Below, one piece after another: positions 33,993 to 42,764 of a stretch of 42,995 nucleotides of DNA (the stretch's first letter is position 1; each line of letters opens with the position of its first letter). The notes beneath the pieces were generated by a model. That model saw only the letters and a program-made list of their open reading frames with translations, did no database searches and was not told the origin of the DNA. The position numbers and the translations under genes were made by a program. The stretch is from positions 1 to 42,995 of IMG/VR virus record IMGVR_UViG_3300049458_000001; one strand, 5' to 3'. Origin of the DNA: a virus. Its lineage: Duplodnaviria; Caudoviricetes.

Positions 33993-34318
33993 GGCTGTTT
34001 CCCTGTTCCCACAAGAGCTCTGAGGCGGTCAGGCGCGACCTCGCCGAGAACCTTCTTCGCATCAGACAGCCGGGCGAGCATGAAGCCGCCCGCGCCCTTT
34101 TCGTTGACCTCGCAGGGGGCGCCGATGATCAGGCCATGAAGGGCCTCGACCAGCGCCTCGATCTGCTGGGCCCGTTCGTGGGCAGCCTCTTGCATTGCGT
34201 CGGCATAGTTGACGAAATGCGGCTCCCGCGACATTTCATTGTGCCATCTGTTGCAGTCGCAGATGCTGTCACGGGTGACGGTGCCGCAAGCGGTGCACCA
34301 AAGGCGCTCTTCAGCCAT
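33989..34318 (-). CDS. Hypothetical protein with CxxC...CxC
   Basis: AAGGAG RBS; coupled. Confidence 0.6.
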   Translation of the reverse strand: MAEERLWCTACGTVTRDSICDCNRWHNEMSREPHFVNYADAMQEAAHERAQQIEALVEALHGLIIGAPCEVNEKGAGGFMLARLSDAKKVLGEVAPDRLRALVGTGKQP

Positions 34319-34634
34319 GGTCCGGGGCTCCTTTCACAAGAGCTCTGAGGGCGTCGCGGGCAACTTGCTTCATCTGGTCATGCCCCATGGCGCGGAACGG
34401 ATAAAACTCGTCAGTCGTTCCATCAGCTATCTGCTGCAACGCCTTCACCAGATCAGGGAAGGCGTTGCATGCCTTGACGATGTAGGCGGCGTTAGCCTCT
34501 TCGTTGTCGCCCGAAGTCGTCCACGCGATGGCGTGCTCTTCGTCCTGATCCGCCGGAAGGATGCCGATAGCGCCCTGCCAAGGAGTCCAGCCGTTCGGCT
34601 CTTCGCGCCACGGCAGCTTCGTATGCTCAGTCAT
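34311..34634 (-). CDS. Hypothetical phage protein
   Basis: MTEHTKLPW...EANAAYIVKACNAFPDLVKAL, a widespread phage early-gene motif. Confidence 0.75.
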   Translation of the reverse strand: MTEHTKLPWREEPNGWTPWQGAIGILPADQDEEHAIAWTTSGDNEEANAAYIVKACNAFPDLVKALQQIADGTTDEFYPFRAMGHDQMKQVARDALRALVKGAPDHG

Positions 34635-34959
34635 GGGATGCTCCGTGTTGCGAAGAAATCGAGCATGCCGCCTCTTGCCGAAGTTCTTCGGCCACCTCTA
34701 GGCAGCTATCAATGAACCTCTCTGGTGGCTTCCGCGCGTTGATAAAGTTGGCCATGTGAACGTCGTTCTTGGCTATGACATCGTTCAGTCTGGAAATTTC
34801 AGCGTTGGCGCGGATGAGAGTTTGAGCGGGGACGTAGGGCACCGCATCGGTATCGCCGCGCTCATAGGTCTCAAGCCTCAGAGTATATAGCTCCAACTCT
34901 CGGGTGACGCTGGCGCTGCGGTTATCAGCCGCCAGCAAAGGGATAGGGGAGAGGCTCAT
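34627..34959 (-). CDS. Hypothetical protein
   Basis: ATGA coupling. Confidence 0.5.
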   Translation of the reverse strand: MSLSPIPLLAADNRSASVTRELELYTLRLETYERGDTDAVPYVPAQTLIRANAEISRLNDVIAKNDVHMANFINARKPPERFIDSCLEVAEELRQEAACSISSQHGASHD

Positions 34960-35177
34960 GATTCTGCCCCTATCTTTTCGCGGGCCAGCCGCACCACTCC
35001 ATCGAAGTAGAGAACATTGGCGTCGCGCAACTCCTTGGCCGCCGGAACCAAGAACTGGGCACCCACGCATGGGCCGAGGATTCGGTCTATATCCACGTCG
35101 TCGAGGCTAGGGGCTGCCTCAGCAGCGAGGCGCCCCCAGATCGCATCGGCGTATTTAACAGCGTATGGGCCAAGCAT
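34956..35177 (-). CDS. Hypothetical protein
   Basis: GGAGG RBS; coupled. Confidence 0.55.
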   Translation of the reverse strand: MLGPYAVKYADAIWGRLAAEAAPSLDDVDIDRILGPCVGAQFLVPAAKELRDANVLYFDGVVRLAREKIGAES

Positions 35178-35359
35178 CACGCGGCGACCTCCTCCAGCAT
35201 GGCGAGCAGCTTGACGCGGTGAGCCTTGCAGTAATCCAGGTGCTGCTGCATGGCAGCGGGGCGAAGGCTTGCGATGCGGGGCTCTTCCTTCGCGATGAAG
35301 CGGTCGCACTGTGCGATGGCGTCGATGATGCTGCTGCGCTGTTGGGAGGTGAGGGTCAT
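35177..35359 (-). CDS. 60-aa hypothetical protein, first gene of the RHH-associated leftward unit
   Basis: GGAG RBS; immediately downstream of the promoter at 35393-35421. Confidence 0.65.
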   Translation of the reverse strand: MTLTSQQRSSIIDAIAQCDRFIAKEEPRIASLRPAAMQQHLDYCKAHRVKLLAMLEEVAA

Positions 35360-35392
35360 TTGCGTGCTCCGTTGCTTGACTGTGAGAGCAAT

Positions 35393-35434
35393 ATCTCATA
35401 TGATTTATCCATCGTCGTCAATACCTCATATGAG
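35393..35434 (-). promoter_or_regulatory. Leftward promoter with two TCATATGA palindromic operators
   Basis: TTGACG-17 nt-TGAGAT on the minus strand; TCATATGA at 35396 and 35426. Confidence 0.65.
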
Positions 35435-35443
35435 AAATAATCG

Positions 35444-35605
35444 ATGGGACGCAAAAAAAGATGGGCAGAGGACATGCAAGCCCGGTTCGAAGAGGGGACT
35501 TTCGACCGCATCCAGGCCACTCTTGAGGAGGGCGAGGACCGAACGGACTTCGTGCGCCAGGCTGTGGAGCGTGAGCTAAAGCGGCGTGAGAAGCGGTCAT
35601 CGTGA
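35444..35605 (+). CDS. 53-aa ribbon-helix-helix (Arc/CopG-like) regulator
   Basis: MGRKKRWAEDMQARFEEGTFDRIQATLEEGEDRTDFVRQAVERELKRREKRSS*; beta-helix-helix pattern. Below the ORF-track length cut-off. Confidence 0.75.
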   Translation: MGRKKRWAEDMQARFEEGTFDRIQATLEEGEDRTDFVRQAVERELKRREKRSS

Positions 35606-36592
35606 ATGCTCTTGGCGCGGCGGCGCATTGTCTGCGCACGGATGGCACCAAATCTGGCCATCGATGTAGGCTTCTTCGCCTCCCGTCAAAACTCCGCACT
35701 TCTGACAGCGGCGCTCTGGGCGCGTCACTGAGGGACCGGCTACCAGCGGCGCCCAATGTGTCGGCTCATAGCTTGAGCTATTCACATAGTCCGTCATTTC
35801 CTCGTCGCTCTCGAAGTGCCCTTCCCAATCGAAAGATGCCCAGCAACTATCGACGGGCCACCATCGGCCGACACAGGGCAGGAATCCTGTCACACAAAGC
35901 ATGATGGGCTTGTCTTTTGGTGCAGTATCGATCGGCTGCCACATAACGGATGACTGCGGTACTGCTGGCATGTGGCCGATCAGTTCAAGGACGAACTCAA
36001 GGCTCCGCTTGCGACCCTCGTAGAACCGTTCATTGCCCCATTGGGTCTTGTTCTCTGGATTGCGGTTTGCTGCGATGGTGTCTAGGGCACCTTGGCAATC
36101 GGTCAGTTCGCGCTTTATCTCGCCCTCGATCCCGGCAGAAGATGTTCTCTTCAGCCTTTCGGCACATATCTCCTCCGTAACGGTGAGGCCCTGAAGCTCA
36201 CTGTCGGCAGATTTGTCGGCTGTAGCCGTGTTGCCTATGGTTAAAAGGTTGAGTTCTGGCCGGACCTGCCTGGCGGTGCCGGCAGAGAAGGGCGAGACCG
36301 GCCGGCGCAGACACTCACCATTGAGCAGCTTCACGAACTCGTCGCCGTGCGAACCTTGTTGAATGGCGTATTCGAATGGCTCATCATTGACCTTGAGCCA
36401 GTGGACTTGATCCCCCTTCTTGTTCTCGACCGGAGCGGCCGGCGGCTGGGCGGCGAGTGCGGCATCGATCTGAGCTAGAAGTCGATCAGCCCACGGCACA
36501 TCGGTATCCGGCTCGATGTATTCCCGAGCCGCTATAAGCGCATCTCGCATCCCGCATCCTTGGGCATCATTGAAAGTGTGGTCCTTGGTCAT
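35597..36592 (-). CDS. Mosaic early protein with a DUF551-like domain
   Basis: WQPIDTAPKD...PTHWAPL motif; C-terminal CxxC...CxxC. Confidence 0.7.
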   Translation of the reverse strand: MTKDHTFNDAQGCGMRDALIAAREYIEPDTDVPWADRLLAQIDAALAAQPPAAPVENKKGDQVHWLKVNDEPFEYAIQQGSHGDEFVKLLNGECLRRPVSPFSAGTARQVRPELNLLTIGNTATADKSADSELQGLTVTEEICAERLKRTSSAGIEGEIKRELTDCQGALDTIAANRNPENKTQWGNERFYEGRKRSLEFVLELIGHMPAVPQSSVMWQPIDTAPKDKPIMLCVTGFLPCVGRWWPVDSCWASFDWEGHFESDEEMTDYVNSSSYEPTHWAPLVAGPSVTRPERRCQKCGVLTGGEEAYIDGQIWCHPCADNAPPRQEHSR

Positions 36593-37062
36593 GCTGCAAG
36601 CCTCCTCAGCCAGCGGCGCTTTGGTTCGGGGCGTTCGGCAGGTTTGCGGGCGCGGGAAGGGCGGTCCCATTCGCCGCCGTCGGTGAGACCCATATCGATG
36701 AAGCCGGCGCCGACGAGTGTCTTGCCGCTTTCGTGGGGCAAGGTGTAGGTCCAAGCTTCAAGGTATCCGAGGGCCTTTGCAGCTCGGCAGAGAGAGCCGT
36801 AGAGCATCGTGCATGCCGGGGCTGCATGGTTGCCGACGCCAGGAAGACCCTCTTTAGCTGCTACGCGCGTAATGACGCCGCGCCCCGTATTCTGCCAAAC
36901 TCGCGACGGGTTGCCGAAAACAGCAACCGCGCAGCATTCCCCGTCCGGGCCGATTATCTGCGCCGCGAACAGGCCGCCTTGAAGTTTCTTCAGATGGCGA
37001 TGCCACGCGGCCACCTGCTTCTTGGCAGCCTTAATTGTGCAAGGCGCGACGCGATAGGTCAC
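36589..37062 (-). CDS. XF1762-family (Mom-like GNAT) protein
   Basis: WHRH...VAVFGNP...TRV...ACTMLYG...RAAKALGY....TYTL..ESG..L..AGF. Confidence 0.75.
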   Translation of the reverse strand: MTYRVAPCTIKAAKKQVAAWHRHLKKLQGGLFAAQIIGPDGECCAVAVFGNPSRVWQNTGRGVITRVAAKEGLPGVGNHAAPACTMLYGSLCRAAKALGYLEAWTYTLPHESGKTLVGAGFIDMGLTDGGEWDRPSRARKPAERPEPKRRWLRRLAA

Positions 37063-37220
37063 TTCGCGCCCCTATCTTCTCTCAAATATTCGGCTATGGC
37101 TTCTTCCCAGTGGCGGGTAGCTCTAACGGGCTCGATCGGGTGGCCGTAAGGCTCCAAGGCCGTCCGCTTGGTGAAGCCAGGTATCGTGGCGGGCGTATCT
37201 GATGCCGGTTTCTCGATCAT
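37059..37220 (-). CDS. 53-aa hypothetical protein
   Basis: MIEKPASDTPAT...; coupled at both ends. Confidence 0.5.
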   Translation of the reverse strand: MIEKPASDTPATIPGFTKRTALEPYGHPIEPVRATRHWEEAIAEYLREDRGAK

Positions 37221-37426
37221 CGATCACCCTCCGCTTCGCAAATCATGCCGCCGGCACCGTTGCAGGCCTTGCAAGTCATGACTTGGGCGCACGGCGGGTC
37301 GATAGACCACCTGCTCACACCTTCCCAGACCTCGATTCCGCCTTCGCCGCCGCACTCGGGACAGTCAAGCCAGACCTCCGGCACACTTTCACTCCCAGCG
37401 GAGGACGGCAAGACGGGGTCGGTCAT
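37217..37426 (-). CDS. DnaJ-type Zn-finger protein
   Basis: CPECGGEG...CKACNGAG. Confidence 0.65.
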   Translation of the reverse strand: MTDPVLPSSAGSESVPEVWLDCPECGGEGGIEVWEGVSRWSIDPPCAQVMTCKACNGAGGMICEAEGDR

Positions 37427-37520
37427 TGGAAGGCCCTCATGAATCCGGCTGCGATGGTGAGATAAACGCCGATGGCGAAAGCGCCGTGGGCAAGCTGCTG
37501 GATGGTCTCGGTCATGGCCA

Positions 37521-38021
37521 TCAGATCCTCCATGCCGGAATGAGGAGCGATCCAAGTTCGTTCTTTTCGGCGTTCTCCAGAGCTCCCTCCGCTCTGTGTC
37601 CGAGGCCGATCAAGCACGTTCCTTGCGCCGGGGATTTTCCTTCGACCCCATCGGCGCCGATGAACTTGATCTTCTTCGCGACGAATAGGATGGCATCTGC
37701 CTGCGGCACGTAGGTTTGCCACCATGGCGCGGACGTGCGGTCGGGGACGAGCGCAATGCCGTTGCCATGGTCCCAGAACTTCTGGAGCCACGGCACGAGA
37801 CCATTTCTGCCGCCGAATGGCGGATTCATCCAGATGAAGCCATGCCAGTCCTTCGAGAGGCTATCGCTCCAAAGCCAGCGGCTGGTGGGCACACATACGT
37901 GGCGTCGGTCAGCCGGAGCAGCGACATCCATATCGAAGCTACAATCAAGCGCTTCGAAGACGTGCTTCGGTGTGTACCACTCGTCCGTCGCGCCAACACA
38001 TTGTTCGTGCAGAGCCATCAC
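37521..38021 (-). CDS. Phage DNA N6-adenine methyltransferase (Dam-type)
   Basis: DEWYTP, FDMDVAA, WMNPPF, LVPDRT..PWWQ motifs. Confidence 0.88.
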   Translation of the reverse strand: MMALHEQCVGATDEWYTPKHVFEALDCSFDMDVAAPADRRHVCVPTSRWLWSDSLSKDWHGFIWMNPPFGGRNGLVPWLQKFWDHGNGIALVPDRTSAPWWQTYVPQADAILFVAKKIKFIGADGVEGKSPAQGTCLIGLGHRAEGALENAEKNELGSLLIPAWRI

Positions 38022-38062
38022 TGGCGCTCCTGTTGAGAGAGGGAAAGTGAGGGGCTAAGCCC

Positions 38063-38506
38063 TCACAAGTTCGCCACCGTCACAACGACCATCTTCAAGT
38101 CGCGGACCTTCGCCGGCTCCAGGTACTCGGTGCGGTCCTTCACCTTCTTGTCGATGACCTTGACGCGCTTCTCGTTGTGCTTTTCGAGCAGATCCTTGAT
38201 GTCCAGCTCGAAGAACAGTTCTTGGTCGGTGGCATCGGTCAGTTTCTCGTCGCCCTTGAAAAGCAGGCAATCATCGAGCGGAATGTTCTCGTTCGGATCG
38301 GCAACAAAAACCTGAACGACGCGGCGGATAGACATTGGCTTCTTCTCCTGTTGAAACTGAGCGATAGGGTTTCCGATATTGCCAGCGGCACCACCAAGAG
38401 CCTGTTTCATAGCGACAAGGTTCTGGGCGTTGGCGAACAAGGCGTCGGCTGAATAGGTCGAGTGCGCGTGAGATGCACTCGCCATCGTTGGCATGTTTGC
38501 GTTCAT
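38063..38506 (-). CDS. Hypothetical protein
   Basis: AGGAG RBS; phage-like codon usage. Confidence 0.7.
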   Translation of the reverse strand: MNANMPTMASASHAHSTYSADALFANAQNLVAMKQALGGAAGNIGNPIAQFQQEKKPMSIRRVVQVFVADPNENIPLDDCLLFKGDEKLTDATDQELFFELDIKDLLEKHNEKRVKVIDKKVKDRTEYLEPAKVRDLKMVVVTVANL

Positions 38507-38530
38507 TCAATTCTCCTAAAAGTCAGACTT

Positions 38531-38905
38531 TTATTCAGGCGATGTGAGCTGGGATGAGGCATCGGCCAGTTCGGCCTTGACCTGCTCCTCGGTGATCCCG
38601 TCGCGCCATCGGTCGATTGACTTCAGCCAGGCAATGGCGACTTCGACGTCATTCGTCTTGATCACTTCCTCGCGGATGGCCTTGGCGCGTTTGCCTGCAT
38701 ATATCCTGCACTCGACGCACTCGCGGGAGCATTCCTCGCAGCCGATCTCAGCGTCCAAGCAACAACCATCGAGGCAATCGAAGGTATAGCCCTCGCCGCC
38801 ACAGTGCCAGCAATCCTCCTGGTTTGGATTGAGCTGCTGATCCACATCGTCATAGATGTAGTCGAGGATGCGTTCGCCGCGCGTCATTTGACTATCTGTG
38901 CTCAT
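38531..38905 (-). CDS. Cys-rich Zn-finger protein
   Basis: CWHCGGEG...CLDGCC...CEEC...CVEC. Confidence 0.7.
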   Translation of the reverse strand: MSTDSQMTRGERILDYIYDDVDQQLNPNQEDCWHCGGEGYTFDCLDGCCLDAEIGCEECSRECVECRIYAGKRAKAIREEVIKTNDVEVAIAWLKSIDRWRDGITEEQVKAELADASSQLTSPE

Positions 38906-39116
38906 TTGTCATCCCAACTCACGTAGCGTCACTCGCTAGGTGGTCGTCGTGCCCCAGAAAAACCATGCGAGGAAAACAACCACGCAGACGATGCCGAGAA
39001 TTATCCACCACATGCTTTTCTCCAGATCCAATTCACCGAGACCAACACGCCAATCACGAAGAACACGACGACCAGGAACATGACAGCTCCGGTGAGATCG
39101 CCGATGGCTGCTGCGG

Positions 39117-39488
39117 TCATCGAAGCACCACGCTTCCATCGATCTTCTTCTTGAACTTGCTGTCTCGGCTGCACGCAAACTTGCTCGGCTTCTTGATGCC
39201 AAGGTGACGCTTGCGAACGCGCGCAACCTTGGCCTTCAGTTTTACGTCAAACTTGGTTTTGACAGCGTGGCACTCTGAGCAAAGCAATTGAAGGTTGGAC
39301 TCTCGATGCGCCCCACCAAGGATCAGCGGGACGACGTGGTCGTATTCGCCGACCAACCGGCTGCCGTCGATAAATCGCGTGCAGTGCCCGCAACGACCCT
39401 CTGCCAATAGATAGAGGCGCGCTTTAACTCGCGGCGGGATCGCCGTGTTGTCGTTCTTAGAAATCCACTCGGGGAGTTCGCGGCTCAT
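39117..39488 (-). CDS. HNH endonuclease (nin-region type)
   Basis: CGHC...EYDHVVPL..GG....SNLQLLCSECH..KT. Confidence 0.88.
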   Translation of the reverse strand: MSRELPEWISKNDNTAIPPRVKARLYLLAEGRCGHCTRFIDGSRLVGEYDHVVPLILGGAHRESNLQLLCSECHAVKTKFDVKLKAKVARVRKRHLGIKKPSKFACSRDSKFKKKIDGSVVLR

Positions 39489-39886
39489 GCTGCAACTTCC
39501 TCGAACTCGCGGAACTTCACGCCGTTTTCCGCGCCGAATGCGATAATGCTTTCGATGAGTTCGCTGATCTCGGGAGTGGTCATCTGGCTGGTTCGCATGC
39601 CAAGGGGAACGACTGTTCCGGGTGTTATGCCGGGGACGAATTCCGCATGGCGAAGCGCGGCAGTTGTCAAATCTTTCCAGTCCTCAGCCGATCGTTTTTT
39701 CCCGCACCATTCCAACTGTTTGCTGAGTTGCGTCAGAAGGCTCCACATGAGCGCGTTGGCATCGTTGGACCTGCGCGGAGCACGAAACTCGACGGACGTA
39801 CCAACAGGCACATTTGCTGCCCATCTGGAGATCAGATTCCGCTCAGCTTGGCTTTTGATCTGAACGGTAGCGCGCGAATTGCTCAT
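39485..39886 (-). CDS. ninB: NinB/Orf recombination mediator
   Basis: RS.DANALMW.LL...EDWK...G.RTS.M...E..ELIE.I.AFGAE.GV.F. Confidence 0.88.
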   Translation of the reverse strand: MSNSRATVQIKSQAERNLISRWAANVPVGTSVEFRAPRRSNDANALMWSLLTQLSKQLEWCGKKRSAEDWKDLTTAALRHAEFVPGITPGTVVPLGMRTSQMTTPEISELIESIIAFGAENGVKFREFEEVAA

Positions 39887-40518
39887 GCGGCTTCCTTCTC
39901 GCCATAGATCGAGTTCAGCTCGGAGAGTTTGACGGCCATCTCCAGGAGAAAGCCGGCGATCTCGGTTTCAAGGTCATTGATGCGCTTGTCGTCTCGCGTC
40001 ACGCGGCGGACGAACATCCGCATATGTTCCGGCATGCGCGGGTCATATGAAACGAAGTCGCACCACTTCCGACCCGTGCAAGCCATCTGGAATTGCATCT
40101 GGTCCGCGTATTTGGCGGGAACGGCTTGGCCGAGAAGCGTCTCCAAATGCGTTGCCGTATTTGGGCACTTGATCTCTACCAAGCCGTCCGCTCCGACCAG
40201 GCCATCGGGGCTGGCACCAGCCTGGTCAATCTTCGGATGAGGCACGAACGCAACCTGCTCGACCGTAGCGCCCTGATAGAACTCGTAAGCGGCGCGGGCC
40301 TCCGGCTCGGTATCGACGCCGTGCTGCATAGCGGCGTTCGTGTAGGATTCTGCCGGCGTTCCGGTCAGACGCTCGGCAATGAGCTGGGCGAGATAGTTGG
40401 CACGAGAGGCGGAATAGCCGGTCTTTGTCTTGGCAACGACATCAGCGACACGCGAGGCAGTAACCTTGCCGCAGCGCAGGGCCTTCCACTCCGGGGAGCC
40501 TTGGACGATCTCGCTCAT
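39883..40518 (-). CDS. YqaJ / lambda-exonuclease family 5'-3' exonuclease
   Basis: QGSPEW...R.G..TAS, GASPDGLV, EIKCP, QMQFQM, CDFVSYDP. Confidence 0.93.
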   Translation of the reverse strand: MSEIVQGSPEWKALRCGKVTASRVADVVAKTKTGYSASRANYLAQLIAERLTGTPAESYTNAAMQHGVDTEPEARAAYEFYQGATVEQVAFVPHPKIDQAGASPDGLVGADGLVEIKCPNTATHLETLLGQAVPAKYADQMQFQMACTGRKWCDFVSYDPRMPEHMRMFVRRVTRDDKRINDLETEIAGFLLEMAVKLSELNSIYGEKEAA

Positions 40519-41219
40519 TTCGCGCTCCGCTTCTTGTTCAATGCTGCGATAGCGCGGTCAAAGTCCTTCGCCGGCAATTGGGCGATACCATCAACTTTGA
40601 AATATCGCGCAAACGCCTCCTTGTCGGCCTCGACCTCATCGGCCAAGGCAAGCAGCTTCTCGACCTGCTCAAGGCTGATCGTGCCGCTAGCGGCGCCCTT
40701 ACCGTCGTCATCCTCTGCCGCGGCGAGGCCCAACGCCTGCACCAGCGAATAGCGCTGGAGGTAGGTCAGGGTTGATCCGATAGCCTGGATAGCGTTCTTG
40801 CTGCCAGAAGCATCGGCGGGGCCGGAGAGGGTGGTTTCCTCGCTATGCCCATGGCCGAATAGAACGCACGTCACGGAGATCTTGTCCGTCTGCGTGGTGC
40901 GGAAGCGGTAGGAAAGGCCGTGGCGTGCCAGAATGGGATCGATCACCTTGGCAATCGCGGCGAAGTCAGCATATTTCTTGCTATTGTGACCGCTCGCGTT
41001 GCGGATGATGACCGGGATCTCGCCCTTGGCCTTTGCAAGCGATTCCTCGAAAGCCTTGCGAGCGTTTCCGGCTTCCCAGCGCTCTTGCAGGTTCATCAGC
41101 TTCTCGATCATATCGAGATCGGCGCCGGACTGCACGGCGCGAGCCAGCATATCCATGGGCGTCATGGTGACGAGAGCCTGAGGCTCGATCTGGCGGACGT
41201 TCTCAGCGGGCAAAGACAT
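40515..41219 (-). CDS. erf: ERF-family ssDNA-annealing protein
   Basis: KYAD...I.P.L..HGL; QAIGSTLTYLQRYSL..ALGL....DDDG. Confidence 0.92.
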   Translation of the reverse strand: MSLPAENVRQIEPQALVTMTPMDMLARAVQSGADLDMIEKLMNLQERWEAGNARKAFEESLAKAKGEIPVIIRNASGHNSKKYADFAAIAKVIDPILARHGLSYRFRTTQTDKISVTCVLFGHGHSEETTLSGPADASGSKNAIQAIGSTLTYLQRYSLVQALGLAAAEDDDGKGAASGTISLEQVEKLLALADEVEADKEAFARYFKVDGIAQLPAKDFDRAIAALNKKRSAK

Positions 41220-41377
41220 TACGCAGCCTCCATTTCGTGGGTGACGAGGCTCAGAGCCTCTTCGAATTCCATATCAGCGCGGATTTCATCGATCCGCTTA
41301 ATCCGCTCAGCCGCGGGGAGGGGCCAGAGAAGCTGCCAGTGCGCGAGCAAAACATCGCCAAACTGCTGCGAATTCAT
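41219..41377 (-). CDS. Hypothetical protein
   Basis: Coupled to the erf start. Confidence 0.55.
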   Translation of the reverse strand: MNSQQFGDVLLAHWQLLWPLPAAERIKRIDEIRADMEFEEALSLVTHEMEAA

Positions 41378-41462
41378 TGGAGCGCCCACCCGAATGCGAT
41401 GAACATGCACAAGCCAAATCCGATACAGGCGAGGCTGTTTTCGATGATTTCTTTGTTCGACA

Positions 41463-41729
41463 TCATGCCCGCTCCATCTCGGCGAGGATTTCGGCATGGT
41501 CGATCAACTCGTCGGTAACATCCTCAACGAGGCCATCGACAACGTGATGAATGAACACCACGCGGTCCCACTCGCCGGACTTAAGCCGGCCGACAACGCC
41601 AGCGCGGGTGATCTCGGGATCGACAACCGCTTCCATGCCGCGCTTGCCGTAGTCACGCATCACCACGAAATAGGAGTGGTTCGGCTTGCGGCGGTAGTTG
41701 AGGATTTCGCGGATGTTGATCGGCTGCAT
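41463..41729 (-). CDS. First gene of the early-left operon, hypothetical
   Basis: GGGAG RBS; downstream of the left operator region. Confidence 0.7.
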   Translation of the reverse strand: MQPINIREILNYRRKPNHSYFVVMRDYGKRGMEAVVDPEITRAGVVGRLKSGEWDRVVFIHHVVDGLVEDVTDELIDHAEILAEMERA

Positions 41730-41763
41730 GGTGTCGCTCCCCGTCTGCTGATGGAGATAGTCA

Positions 41764-41811
41764 TAGCATTGCTAAAACCATAGTGCAACTGAAATCCATA
41801 GCAATACTGAA
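41764..41811. promoter_or_regulatory. Left operator/promoter region (OL/PL-like)
   Basis: TAGCATTGCTA (41764), TAGTGCAACTGAA (41781), TAGCAATACTGAA (41799). Confidence 0.7.
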
Positions 41812-41823
41812 ATTAATTTTAGG

Positions 41824-41853
41824 CAAAACAAAACCCGCTAGAATCAGCGGGTT
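41824..41853 (-). terminator. cI terminator
   Basis: AACCCGCT/AGCGGGTT stem with a T-rich tail on the minus strand. Confidence 0.65.
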
Positions 41854-41871
41854 GTGCATTGCTATAGGAAA

Positions 41872-42225
41872 CTAATCCTCTGAGCCGGTCCTCAGGAAGC
41901 CCTTGGCGACCTCTATCAGGGTTTGGCGCTCGCCTGGTCGAGCCCGTTCCCACAGAGACCATATCGCGTCGTCGTTGGTGGGGTCCACGTCGAGGATTTG
42001 GCCGGGAGTGCAGTTGAGCGCATCGGCCAGCGCTGCCAGCCCTTCATCGCTGTAGCCCTGCTGTCCACGCTCAAGCTGCGAAATGTTCCCCACGGACCAG
42101 CCAACCCGCTCGGCGAGCTGTTCCTGCGTCAGTTCCCGGTATTGGCGCCACTCCTTTAGGAAGTGCCGGCGCCGCTGTTTGAACCGGGGCTGAACCTTTT
42201 GGGGGTTCCGTGGTGTTCTAGCCAT
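41872..42225 (-). CDS. cI: CI-like immunity repressor (XRE HTH, no S24 peptidase domain)
   Basis: LKEWR..RELTQEQLAERVG.S...ISQLERG...LADALNC; divergent from cro. Confidence 0.88.
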   Translation of the reverse strand: MARTPRNPQKVQPRFKQRRRHFLKEWRQYRELTQEQLAERVGWSVGNISQLERGQQGYSDEGLAALADALNCTPGQILDVDPTNDDAIWSLWERARPGERQTLIEVAKGFLRTGSED

Positions 42226-42312
42226 ACTGAAATTATCTGCCGCAACGCTAGAGCACGGAATATAGCAATACTGAAGAAAACCCTTGTACGGCGGTTTCAG
42301 TAATGCTATGGG
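42219..42312. promoter_or_regulatory. Right operator/promoter region (OR/PR-like)
   Basis: TAGCCATACTGAA (42219), TAGCAATACTGAA (42263), inverted TTCAGTAATGCTA (42296); TTGTAC-17-TATGGG promoter toward cro. Confidence 0.75.
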
Positions 42313-42318
42313 TTCGAC

Positions 42319-42522
42319 ATGCAGCTTTCAGATTGGCTTTCTCAGCACGGCATCAAACGCAAGGATTTTGCGGCGCGGATCGGCGTCTCACCGCAAACCA
42401 TCACGGGTTGGTGCAAAGGAACGTTTTGGATCAAGCACGACCAAGCGAAGGCCGTGCTCAGAGCAACTGAAGGGGCTGTGACACCCACGGATTTTTTGAA
42501 GATGGACGAGGCGGCTCAATGA
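42319..42522 (+). CDS. cro: Cro-like repressor
   Basis: MQLSDWL...FAARIGVSPQTITGW...T.GAVTPTDF. Confidence 0.88.
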   Translation: MQLSDWLSQHGIKRKDFAARIGVSPQTITGWCKGTFWIKHDQAKAVLRATEGAVTPTDFLKMDEAAQ

Positions 42523-42764
42523 GCAAGCCGAAGCAGCTCCGCCATCGGATCGTTTCTGACCTGTTTCTGGTCCAGAACTCGGCGAGCTTCTGTGTTTGCA
42601 GCTTCCGCGCCCGTAAGCGAGATAAGCAGATTCATTTGCGCGCCGATTCCGACGACATAGCCGACGCACCGAAGCACGCCATTGATTTTTCGGAAAGCCC
42701 CGAGCCCATCGAAATAAACGGTCTGCAATCCAGCTGCTTGTTCCAGCAGTTCTTCGTCGTTCAT
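42516..42764 (-). CDS. 82-aa hypothetical protein convergent on cro
   Basis: MNDEELLEQAAGLQTVYFDGLGAFRKINGVLRCVGY...; shares an FDG...(N/D)G..R motif with the origin-crossing ORF. Confidence 0.7.
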   Translation of the reverse strand: MNDEELLEQAAGLQTVYFDGLGAFRKINGVLRCVGYVVGIGAQMNLLISLTGAEAANTEARRVLDQKQVRNDPMAELLRLAH

